The notes beneath the pieces are model-generated. The model saw nothing but the letters and a program-made list of their open reading frames with translations, had not been told where the DNA came from and did no database searches. Shown here one piece after another: positions 14,447-26,150 of a DNA stretch of 64,000 bases (positions within the stretch are counted from its first letter, which is position 1; every line of letters begins with the position of its first letter). This stretch comes from Octopus vulgaris (lineage: Eukaryota): the NCBI GenBank assembly GCA_951406725.2, contig OX597819.1, positions 101,928,001-101,992,000 of the forward strand, written 5' to 3'. A program made the translations under genes and the position numbers.

Positions 14447-15047
14447 ACAATGTTGCATTCCATTGTCTGCATATATGAATAGAAGTCTAGCTTTATGGTA
14501 AAGCGCTATGGTTAAGAACCAATCAAGTGTTGGTAACATTGTATTGCATGTGTGTGCCAATATGTGCATGTATTGCATATTGCATTGTATTTACAATATG
14601 TGCGTGTGAGTGCCTGTGTCTGTGCGCGTGTGTGTGGTTTTTGTATGTGTATATTTACTAAATTCTCCCATATATATTCGTTGTGTCATTGTCAGATGAA
14701 TAGGTTTTAACATGTATTCTTTGATACAGGTGTGCTTCCTCTCTTGTTGATATTGTCGCACTTCAAGTAGTAGGAGTAGTAGTGGTGGTGATGGTAGTGG
14801 TTATGTTGTGTAGCTTGTAAGACTACAGATATTTTTATGTTTTGCTCAATAGATGATTGTTCAGGATATGTCATGCACCTAATGACGTTTTACGTTTTTT
14901 TTTCTTATATTTCAGGATACTTCAAACTATTTGAAGAGATTTCAGGAATATATGAATACATGCACAAATACACAGACTATACGCCGTCGCACAACGACGC
15001 ACACTTACTCATATACAAGGATATAGACAGATAGTACATGGATGCCT

Positions 15048-15102
<55 letters not shown>

Positions 15103-15239
15103 TTACACCAACACAAATATAAACATGTACATATATATATATATATATATATAAAACACATACATACACACACGCATACTTTCTTGAGAGGGGGAGAGAA
15201 TAATTTGCTGATCTCCTACATACGGTCAAAATAGAATAT

Positions 15240-16400
15240 TCTGGTTGACGCTGAAATTATATGGGCGATAAAAGTGTTGAGAAGAATGATATTCAGCTTG
15301 AGATTCGAAACACCTTCTGTTGACTAATGTATGCTAGCTGGCTTGAACCTCTAGTAAGACAACAAAGCAATGAAAATCCCGATGAATAATCACTTATTTT
15401 TTAAAAAGGGAGGTAAGAGAGTGCTCCATTTATAAAGGAATATTCCTGGTGAGTCTTTCCTACGCTTAATGTATGGTAAAGAAAAGTAGGATAATTATCG
15501 AGCCCGAGATCATCTGGCTTCCGTTCTGGACGCAGCATAACCGACATGATATTTATTGTACAGTTGGTCTTTAAGAAATTGCAACATTGCTGCCGAGCCC
15601 TGTATGCTTGATTTGTTGACTTCGGGTGCCACAACACCTGATCAGGAGGATTTTAGTAGGAGTTTAAGATTAAAGGGCAACTTCTGCTTTCCGGGAAGTT
15701 CCTATACGAGCGCTCAGATTTTTGTGATATGGTATATGGTTGTACGACGAAAGATATCTTGTGGGTGTTCGACTTCGTATGGGATAGGTATTATCACCTT
15801 TCCTCTTCATAATTTTTTATATACTGTATTGCTATATATCACAGTCGCGGTGTTTATGATCGAATGGTTGATATCCACAGATGACATGGTGCAGCTCATT
15901 TGAATGTGATCTTAAGTAAAAACTGAACAAGTTCGTTGCCGTGTGCTGTAAAACAGCATTGGAAGATAGACATTGCACCACTTAAGAAAGTTTTTCAAGG
16001 CGCTCTGCATGTTAGCTGAACATCATTGATACAAGTGGAAGAATGTAAGTATTAGGTGCTTTATTCACGACTGATAGGAAACAGGAGGTTGAATTGGAAG
16101 CTAGAATTTCAGGCACTGGCACAGCAATCTTCAGCATTCCACCTGAGAAAGGGTTAACCGATATAGAGTTTTCTCCGAAGAGTCTCTAGAGTAAAGTTAT
16201 TCGAGGGTATGCGCAGCTCGCAAATAAAACATCTCATCAGGTCGAACCATTACTTCTCCCCGATCAGAGATACAGTCACGTGTTTAGAATGACGCAGCAG
16301 AGAATTGCAAGACAGATTTTTCAAGCCGTGCCAATCGGCAGGAGACACCAAAAGGTAACCAAACATGGGAGAGTTGGGTAAAATCCACTGTCTTAGTTGG
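15240..16400 (+). mobile_element. Decayed RTE-clade LINE RT remnant
   Basis: YKGIFLVS...SGFRSGRSITDMIFIVQLV matches the RTE YRGISLLS...CGFRxGRSTxDMIF motif. Multiple stops and frameshifts; right boundary uncertain. Confidence 0.55.
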
Positions 16401-16559
16401 CCCTGAGTAAACACTATGTACGCATGTAAGTTTGTATGTACGTATAGACTTATGTATGTGTATATACATAAGTGTGCGTGTGCATAAATGTACTTCTATA
16501 TAAGAATATAGAAATATGTACACACACACACACACATATATGTAACCATATATAGATCA

Positions 16560-16757
16560 TTGGCGATATTTTTCATCCGTCTTCCTTTTCACTTGGACTT
16601 TCCTCCGTCTCCTGACGAACAGCTTTGCTCGAAACGTAAAACTGCCTTTCTTTCCTCCCCTGAGCGTCTGCTAAAAAATTGCATATACCACGTACTCACG
16701 TTGTTATTTTTTCTTGTGTTTGTTCTTCGCCTTTTTTTGGTGGGGGGGATTTACTAC
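16560..16757 (+). mobile_element. Penelope-like terminal fragment with degenerate ultra-minimal HHR
   Basis: CTGACGA (16612) - ACAGCTTTGCTC - GAAA - CG - TA - AAAC. Helix I is disrupted, and the fragment ends in (TA)n. A related decayed motif lies on the minus strand near 28900-28940. Confidence 0.5.
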
Positions 16758-16798
<41 letters not shown>

Positions 16799-16924
16799 TA
16801 TAGACTGTGCATCATCTTTAAAGAACTTTAATGAACTTTGGAAATCTGTTTATGTTACTTAATTATCTACATTACTTCATGAGTATAGCCTCAACCACTA
16901 AGATGTCTAGAGAACTCACATGTA

Positions 16925-17015
16925 TTTTAGCTGATGAGTACGGGACACGTTTATATGCTGCAATTTTTGCAACTTTTAATAAAGCCTGTCTTTGTATGAA
17001 ACGATTGTACTAAAA
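16925..17015 (+). ncRNA. Type I minimal hammerhead ribozyme, canonical core
   Basis: TTTTAG - CTGATGA - 60-nt helix II (GTAC...GTAT) - GAAA - CGATTG - TA - CTAAAA. Helix I is 6 perfect bp. The host fragment is flanked by TA tracts on both sides. Confidence 0.8.
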
Positions 17016-17093
17016 ACTTATCCATTCTTGTTGCTTCTTTCTCGTGTATATATATATACATATAAACATATATATGTATATCTATCTCTCTCT

Positions 17094-17128
<35 letters not shown>

Positions 17129-17189
17129 TAAATTTGTATGTTTGTGTGTGAGTGTGTATGTACATATGTAGGCATGTACAATTAACTCC

Positions 17190-17517
17190 TGTGAAGGCGC
17201 GAGGCTTAGTGTTTAGGGCATCCGGCTCACGATTGTAAGGTCGTGAGTTCAATTTCCGTCGACGCGTTGTGTCCTTGCGGAAGACATTTTATTTCACATT
17301 GATCCAGTCCACTCAGCTGACAAAAACGATTTGTACCTGTATTTTAAAGGGCCGGCCTTGTCACACTCTGTGTCACGCTGAATCTCTCTGAGAACTACGC
17401 TAGGTATACACGTGTCTGTGGATTGCTCAGTCACTTGCACGTTAATTTCACGAGCAAGCTGTTCCGTTGATCGTATCAGCTGGGACCCTCGTCATCGTAA
17501 CCGCCAGAGTGCTCCCC
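17190..17517 (+). mobile_element. tRNA-derived SINE (family D; head and core shared with the 23232 copy)
   Basis: Head GGCTTAGTGTTTAGGG...GAGTTCAATTTCC and CCAGTCCACTCAGCTG core. Imperfect TSD ACAATT(AA/CT)CTCCT. Confidence 0.8.
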
Positions 17518-17949
17518 ACAATTCTCTCCTAACCCAGTTTTTATCATTATATATTAAGACATTTAATTTTCAATAGAATTGCCCCATCTAACTGCTGTAA
17601 AAAGATATAAGGGTAGTTACGAAACACATATGTTGCATAATATGCACGATGTTCCTCTTTCAAGCAGCTATAGCAGTCAACTACCATTTCATTTATTTAC
17701 GAACTTGACTATCGCATAATAACCAACAGTTGTTGCTTTGGAACTGGAATTGTATTGTATAAGCCTCTAAGTAGAATTTTCTGTCTCAATACGGGATGAA
17801 GAGTACTAGAGGTATTATTTAACGAATTTTAATAATCAATTACCACGTCTAATCAATAAATATCCGAACTGTTACCATAGTAACAAAGTTAAAGCATGCA
17901 GATTAAAACCGTCAACTCTGTTGTCCATGCGCACGAAGTTTTAACGTTC

Positions 17950-18245
17950 TAGCTTACTTCCGCTATTTACAGCAGTGCTTGGCAGGAACGTGTGTAGCGT
18001 GTAATTGTCGCATTGGCAATGACAGAGAAAGTTTTTATGTCGACACCTGCTCAGAAGCCTTCAAAAAATTACAGAAAGTGTATACAGAGGAGTGTATGAG
18101 CGGCACACAAGTATACGAGTGATACATACGTTTCCAAAAAGGCCGCAAAAATCTCGATATTGACGAACGTTCTGGGAGGCCTGCACCCAGCAGAACTGAG
18201 TTAAAACATCGCAGAAGTGGGGCAGCTTTGAGGGGAATCGTCGAA
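17950..18245 (+). mobile_element. Mariner 5' fragment
   Basis: SEAFKKLQKVYTEECMSGTQVYE*YIRFQKGRKNLDIDERSGRP, a mariner N-terminal HTH. Confidence 0.72.
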
Positions 18246-18249
18246 TTGT

Positions 18250-18982
18250 TTTTAGAAATTCCTAATAAGTTATGAATACAAAAATGGTGAAGTCAGTTAT
18301 GTAATAACATGAAATTAGTTACCCGATAGTAAGAATTCACATAGAGTAGCCCCAAAAATGCGTTCTCAGAGTTTATAGAACATAGGAAGAAATACTAATA
18401 AGGTATGTATACTAAAATCGTGATGCATGTTACGTAATAAGATATGAGATAATAACAATTTGAAGTTAATAACTCTGAAAAGGGTTTTTGTTGGTTCCCA
18501 GAGAATATTACCATCACGGGCGCTAGTGCTTCAATATTCGGGAATACATCACTAACCGAAATAAGTGCATCTATTGTTTAGGAAAATACTATTTATTTGT
18601 TTAAAGGTCGTACTGGATAAATTGTGAAAATAACTCTAACATTTTAAATACTAAGATATAAGCATACTCAATTTCATATGTAACAAATAATTTTGGAAAA
18701 TGAAAGTGTTATTTCCCATGACTATATATAAGGATCCCTTCTAGGGGCGAATGGGTTATTTCCCTTGGTTTTTCAAATAAAATACGTTAGATGTATATAA
18801 AGATCCCTTCCAGGGCGCTATTATCAATTTTTTTCGTTATCTGAGTATGCCATGTGGTTTCCAGACATGAGTTCTACTCACATGTTAAGTTTCATCGAAA
18901 TCGATAAAACGATGTAGGAAGAGTTAACTAACAACACTACAAACAAATCCACAGACAGAATTTCCTACATATGTTGTAGATA
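18250..18982 (+). mobile_element. Possible Helentron-associated (HINE/DINE-like) element
   Basis: 3' block AAGTTTCATCGAAATCG...ACAGACAGA...TAGAT and a duplicated TATATAA.GATCCCTTC.AGGG block. Confidence 0.35.
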
Positions 18983-19030
18983 TATATAGAGAGAGCATAC
19001 ACATATACATTCAAGTTTTTTATATATATG

Positions 19031-19061
<31 letters not shown>

Positions 19062-19661
19062 GCATATGTGCGTATGGATATTTACACATGCATATATATC
19101 ACATATATATATACACACGCATTCAACATATACAGACGCTTGTGTGTGTGTAAGAGAGAGAGGGGTGTGTGAGCTAGTGAGAGAGAAGGAGAACGCGGAA
19201 TATTCCTTACAAATATTTACGTATTTTACTCAGATCACAGATGATAACGAAATAGTTTAGTCTGAATTGAAGGTCAGCATCTTGATGTGTAATATATAAA
19301 GAATTCAATGGAAACAACAACAATAACAACAACAACAACATCATCAGCAACAACAGCGATAATATGAAGAGTAATAATGATAATAATATCAATAATAATT
19401 GATGCTTTTAGTAAAACCCTTTTACTGCCAGGGATTCCATAAATGGTAACCTGTGACCTACACAATTTGTTGTCTGTTATATTTTCTTATCTTTTATGCT
19501 GAACACAAATGTTTGGTATATTTTTAAGTTATAACACGCAAGAAGGAAACATTGTTGCATACAAATGAACTTATGTATTTTGAAGAAAACTTATATTTCT
19601 TCCAAATTATAGCTTTCTCTACATAAATTACCATTATTCACAGAGGTAGAATCATTGTTCG

Positions 19662-19946
<285 letters not shown>

Positions 19947-19953
19947 CTTCATT

Positions 19954-20084
19954 TAAAAGCATCAGAAAATTCAACAAAACCTGTTACTCTGAGGTTCACG
20001 TTCACGTTCGTCGGACAAACTGTCCGATGAACGGGAACGTGAAACTCAGAGTAACAGGTTTTGTTGAATTTTCTGATGCTTTTA
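19954..20084. mobile_element. Fold-back hairpin element (64-bp arms, 3-nt loop), Penelope-like inverted end
   Basis: 19954-20017 is the reverse complement of 20021-20084 with 3 mismatches. Lies between TA tracts. Confidence 0.85.
20020..20057 (+). ncRNA. Minimal type I hammerhead, U4C core variant
   Basis: CTGT - CCGATGA - ACG GGAA CGT - GAAA - CTC A GAG - TA - ACAG. Confidence 0.72.
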
Positions 20085-20221
20085 GATAAAGCATATTACT
20101 CTACCACTGGTATTTGAGTACTCTTTTTTCCACCTTGTTTCACATTTATGTGTTTACTCCGGTATATATATATAAGAGAAAAAAATATATCAGAAAGGAG
20201 CTCTATCTCTCTTAAAAAATA

Positions 20222-20335
20222 TCTTTTGATAAGCATAACAAATGCGCAACCGGTAAAAAGAACTTTCACCTAATTAAATACACTCTCCCTTACTTAAATT
20301 ATTTTGTCAGCATTTTCTTCATTTCCTTTTTTTAT
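20222..20335 (+). mobile_element. Short TA-embedded element with HHR-like motif; second, 5'-truncated copy at about 30000-30085
   Basis: TTGATAA - GCAT AACAA ATGC - GCAA - CCGG - TA - AAAAGA. The block ATGCGCAACCGGTAAAA...TGTCAGCATTTTCTTCATTTCCTTTT recurs at 30000. Confidence 0.6.
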
Positions 20336-20366
20336 ATATCACAACTCGTGTTCCACATCTCCTTTT

Positions 20367-20428
<62 letters not shown>

Positions 20429-20973
20429 CATATATATATATGTTGGGCTGGGTACATGTGTGTTTGTGTGTGTGTCTGTGTGTGTATGTGTGGGTGTGTG
20501 TGTCTGAGTTTAAATGACTAATCAAAAAGTATACAAAACAATCAACTGGGTGGTGGTGAGGACCTTGCATTATCACCACCGATCTGTTAACGCTTTTTTG
20601 CTTTTTTTTTTCGTCTTACTGCACAGAATATATGGGCGTATCGATTACAGTTGGGATTAGTGATTTCCTCAAGTTATTCTAATTCAAAGTTTATTCTTCT
20701 CTACAACTTTGCATGTCAAATGATTTATAATTAAATCATCGTTTCGATATATGGAACTAGGTTGGAGAGGAGAAATATAATGTTTCTGGAAAGATGGTTA
20801 TACTTTGAGTACGATATATTGGTACCAAAAGCAGTCAATTACTCTCTCTCCTCCCTCTCTCTCTCTCTCTCTCTATCTCTCTCTTCCTCTCTTGCTATTG
20901 GTAGCCATATTTGTGAATATTGGTTTCATATTTTGGCACAAATATAACAGTTTCTTGCATGGCACCATCTTTC

Positions 20974-21030
<57 letters not shown>

Positions 21031-21036
<6 letters not shown>

Positions 21037-21450
21037 GCCCTGAAGCAGTACCAAGCAGTGGCTCTCGTGACTTCTGATCTTAACTGATTGGAAGTGTTAT
21101 CATGTACGTTGTTTTGTATTTTTATAAAAGATGGGCTACAGCTAATATTCTGCTCAATACCACAGATTTGCTCGTCAGTTGTTTGACATTAACCAGTTGA
21201 GCATGTTCCGCAGTGGCTGACGATATGTGCATCTCCAACCACGAGCAGAATTAGTGGGGGAGCATCATAGCCATGTGTTGAGAGGGATTCCTTGGGGTTT
21301 GGATAATTCACCTCTGGAAACAAGGGTGTTTCGTTCAACATCCTTCAACAACCTTTAGTCAGGGACCTTTTGAGCGGGATGGAATACTCAACCAGAAGAA
21401 AATTCTAACTTGGCCCCACCTGCAAGGTCATGTGCTGTTTATCTTGATAT
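21031..21450 (+). mobile_element. Interspersed repeat abutting (AAT)n, possibly the 5' region of a Dong/R4-type element
   Basis: A complex, GC-richer block starts exactly at the end of an (AAT)n tract. Dong elements are known to target TAA repeats. No coding evidence. Confidence 0.4.
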
Positions 21451-22062
21451 GGTGGTGATGGTGGTGGTTTGGCGGTGGAGTTGTTTTGTGCTCCAGTTCA
21501 TCACTGACAACGCCCCACTGATCCAATACATTTCAGTCATTACATTAAGCATTCTCTTGAGCAACATGTGACCAAGTCAACATTATAGAATTTAGTCTAC
21601 GCTCTCTACCTCTTTTTAACAGATGGAGTAACCACCAGCAAAGTGGATGTCAGTCATACTGAAGGAAATAGTCTTTAGACAGTCCTTAAGACACAATTAT
21701 ATAATAAAACGGATTTCTTGAAATTTTATAGATATTCTGCAACACATTTATTGCTAGTATGCGTTCATCATGTATAAATCGAGGTTCTTATCGAGCCCTG
21801 ATTAATACAGACTCTGATTCATCAAATTAATGAAATCTAGTGGCATTTTGGAAATCTTTTATCGCAGCAATTAAAAGCAAGCTTATAAATCCATTAACAA
21901 AACGATGCTACCTATTTTCTCTTAGGTGCACACATGGGTATGTGGTTAAGAAGGTCAATTTGGAGCCACATGTTTTTGTGTCCAGTCTTACAGTGCGGCA
22001 TCCTGGACAGATCAGCTCCTTTCGAATGAATTTGGTAGATGGAAATTGTGTGGAAGTCCGTC

Positions 22063-22099
<37 letters not shown>

Positions 22100-22145
22100 T
22101 ATCTGAACGAATGGAGTTGAACGACTGGTTAACAAATATCCTTTA

Positions 22146-22228
22146 TTCTCGACATATGTTTCGAAGGCTGTATATTCCTAATTCCGAAGGAATAAGGAGT
22201 ACATTATGCAGATTTCTCTTCAGGAAAA
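22146..22228 (-). ncRNA. Type I minimal hammerhead (mirror copy)
   Basis: Reverse complement of the 22340 motif, with the core intact. Confidence 0.72.
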
Positions 22229-22339
22229 TCAAAGAAACTTATGTCGACATCAAAATGCACAAATTATCGCCATGGGCTCCTTGAGAGCGGTCAGCTAAAA
22301 GTTTTTTGTGCATTTTGATGTCGACATAAGTTTCCTTGA

Positions 22340-22422
22340 TTTTCCTGAAGAGAAATCTGCATATTGTACTCCTTATTCCTTCGGAATTAGGAATATGCAG
22401 CCTTCGAAACATATGTCGAGAA
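22340..22422 (+). ncRNA. Type I minimal hammerhead with extended helix II
   Basis: TTTTC - CTGAAGA - 54-nt helix II (GAA..CTGCATATT...AATATGCAG..TTC) - GAAA - CATATG - TC - GAGAA. Confidence 0.8.
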
Positions 22423-22627
22423 TAAAGGATATTTGTTAACCAGTCGTTCAACTCCATTCTTTCAGATACTTATAATTTTAAAATAAACATACAAATTTCC
22501 GCACGAAGACACGTAGTCTAGGTCCTAGCGACGTAGCTTCAATCGTGTTCTTTCTGATGTGAATTTGCTACCCAGTTATCGGTTATCTTTCGAATTATCC
22601 TTAATAAGATAATTCATTCAATTACTC

Positions 22628-22669
<42 letters not shown>

Positions 22670-22980
22670 ATGTATGTGTGTATGTATATATGTACGTATG
22701 CATATATACATGTATGCATATATGTACATGTAGTCAGTAATTCATATGTCCGAAAAAGAAGCTCGCAATAATATATTTTTAGGAAGTTAATTGTTATTGC
22801 TGGTCATAGAGTGACCATTGGTTTTGAACCTATTAAAGCGCTGACCGGTATAAGTGACTCGTCAAAATCAAATGGCCGAAGGCGCATAACCTCTGTGCGA
22901 TTAACTTCCCAGGGTATATGTGTGTGTTGTTTGTGTAAGTGTGAGATTGTGTGTAAGTATGGGTATATATGAATGTTTGA

Positions 22981-23037
<57 letters not shown>

Positions 23038-23231
23038 CGTGTGTATGTGTGTGTTTATGCATATGTATGATCTACAAACGTGACCAATAAAATGAGTACC
23101 TAACTTAAAAATATAAGCCCTGATGTCGATTTATTCGCCGAAAACCTTCAAACCGGTGCGTCATCATGGCCGCAGTCCAAGAGGTAAAACCTGAAGTATT
23201 TAGGTTTAATAAAGATCTTATAATATACATT

Positions 23232-23479
23232 GTTCCTTCTCGCGCCATGCCAGGCTCATAAGGGCCGGTTTCCCGGTTTCATTGACGTAGAAATTCCCCA
23301 CCTGGTCGGGACGCCGGTCCGTCGCAGGACTACTCATTTTTGGCAGCTGAGTAGACTGGAGCAACATGAAATGAAGTGTTTTGCTCAAGAACACAACGCA
23401 TGGCTCGGTCAAGGAATCGAAACCACAACCTTACGATCTTGAGTTCAACACCCTAACCACTAGGCCACTCGTCTCCACA
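23232..23479 (-). mobile_element. tRNA-derived SINE with V-domain-like block
   Basis: Minus-strand A/B boxes (TGGCCTAGTGG, GTTTCGATTCC) and the same 3' half as the 11645 copy. Exact TSD TAATATACATT at 23221 and 23480. Confidence 0.88.
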
Positions 23480-24571
23480 TAATATACATTGATCACTTTA
23501 TTTATTGATTTTTAGCCTATATTATGAAGAGGTTTCTGAAAAACAATTGTTGCTATTTGGCACGCGATACCTAGTTTATTTTTCAGTCCTGTCTGCAAAG
23601 CAGGAAATGTTTGACATTCCTGGGGTAGAAAATCTTCTTGTAGTTCGTATTATACCCTATCCCTAATACAAGGCCTTCATTCTCATTTATCCCCTATTTT
23701 AGCTCTGAATATGGAACGAGGAGACGCTCAGCTCACCGCTACGAACCACAGACTTATGATTTTCAGAAGTAGCAGATTTCATTAAGACTAAGCTAAAAAA
23801 AAACCTTTATTGTTACCAATTCAAAGAACGAAACACTTTATCCTGTTCACATGACAGAATATATATCATAACAAGTTCAGAACAGATTCCAAAGACATAA
23901 CAAAGAACAAAACAACTTTTCTTTGGTGTACAAGGGTTCGAATTTGTATGTGTGTGTTTTAAATGGAAAGCTCACAATTTAACTAACACATGTCATACTC
24001 GGTTTTCTTGCAGAGTATATCAGTGTTAATGAAATGTGAGGTATTTCAGATAATCATGCAATTTGATACTTATTTCATGTTTATTTGATATTTGTTTGTT
24101 TATGTTACATGCCTGGGGTCCCGTGTTAAACATATTTTTATTCATACACCCACAGAAATTTAGCACACTCACGGACACACAAGCCAATATTCCCACACAG
24201 AAATACATATATTTATACGTGCATACACAGATCCCAGCACATACAGACACATATATAAATGACATATAATATATTCACTCCCAATAAAAATCAAATCTAT
24301 GTATAGACTGTCCGCTAAGGAAATAGTTAATAATGTAAATACCCATATATATAAATAAACGAGCAGACACACGCGTGCGCACACACACACATAATACAAA
24401 CTCACATATATACATACACGTTTGCGTATATATATATGTATGGTTACAAAACTGTATTACATATATGCACAAGATATGTAATGAATATATTTATTAGAAT
24501 GATAAGCGTATATACAAACACCTAAAAAACCATATGTATATATATATATATATATATATACATCCACACAG

Positions 24572-24900
<329 letters not shown>

Positions 24901-24999
24901 ACACACGGGACATAGGGACAATAAGCGCTATGGGTGTTCAGTTTAGCTTTATGCTTTAATCAGTTGCAAGGAACATTGCCCCTATCTTTCCCAGACACT

Positions 25000-26150
25000 T
25001 CCAAAATGACAAGATTGGTGGGCTTTACGTTCGGTTTGATCTTGTGTAAATCGATGTAGGTGGCAAAGAAATTCTTGAAGACTGGCGCTTAAAAACACAA
25101 GCACTTAATGCAAGATCTATAGGAAAGGCAATACACAATATCGCTGATAGATGGAAAGGAGCTGAATGCGTTGGTAGATGTTGCCTGGATTTGGTTTGTA
25201 ATTAGCTAGCTCTAAGGGATAGAGGCTATCGTAGAAGTTAATGGTTTTCATCAGGAAGAATGGTTTTCTTCAGCAAGAAGTGTTCTCTTCAGCAAGAGGC
25301 CTCAGATATTGTATGCATAAAAGCATTGTTATCCTAAATGTAACAAGCAGTGTTTCATTTTGCGTTTAACTTTCACACTGCTGAAGTATTTTCTTGTCTA
25401 TTTCCGTGATTGCGGTTTTACGTTTAACATCTTCGATTTCTGTTCTACCGAGGTCGACTTTGCCTTTCATCCTTTTGGGGTCGATAAATTAAGTACCAGC
25501 TTCGTACTGGAGTCGATCTAATCGACTGCTTCCCTCCCACGAAATTTCGAGCCTTGTGCCTAGAATAGATTAGAATATCAACGATTTCTGTGATCTAGAA
25601 ATTACTGTGATTTTGAATGTGTTAGGTTTATATTGTTTAAGGCTGAGGGTGTGATATGTGATTGTTTCCTAGGCCTGAACAGTGATAGAACGTTGGAGCT
25701 ATTAAAAGAAATTAAATTGTCCCAACTTAACTGTTCATGGATATTGTGCAGGTTTTACATGAGGTGTCTGGCTTGCAATAATGGCACTTGCGTGCAAGAT
25801 TTTAGGAAGAATGAAGTGTAGTTTCTTGTGCATAGCAACGTATCTATTAAATGTGACATGATACGGATGAATAAAGAGTGAAAGGAATAGGACTGAAGCT
25901 TGTGTTGCAGCGGAGTTGATAGTGAACGGCTTAGAAAGAAACCCATCAGTGTAGGACCTGTGTTGTTGCAGTCTCAGATATGAGAGTTGGGTGAAGGCCA
26001 TAGACATCTGGCTTAGCTTAGAGGCTCATCTTCCCGACACTGTCTAATGCTTTGCTGAGGACAAGAGACCTCTATGGCATGTTATATGTTAGCAAGTCAG
26101 TAATGCATTGGCAAATGTCCGTTCTTCAGCCATTAAAAACAGTGTCTAAA
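25000..26150 (-). mobile_element. Decayed CR1/Jockey-group LINE RT remnant, interrupted by a SINE fragment at about 25445-25575
   Basis: YGLHPTLIS and DGFLSKPFTINSAATQASVLFLSLF (matching the GVPQGSVL motif), plus a C-terminal LELA...IDLHKIKPNV. Confidence 0.55.

Larger units (their letters stand above)
22094..22474. mobile_element. Fold-back element, 170-bp arms with 41-nt spacer (Penelope-like inverted pseudo-LTR)
   Basis: 22094-22263 is the reverse complement of 22305-22474 with only a few mismatches. It starts in (TA)n. Confidence 0.9.
21924..23190 (+). mobile_element. Old family A SINE split by insertions in its internal microsatellite
   Basis: The 5' half at 21924-22072 ends GAAGTCCGTCGTATAT. 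The 3' half at about 23087-23190 includes CATGGCCGCAGTC. Confidence 0.6.
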
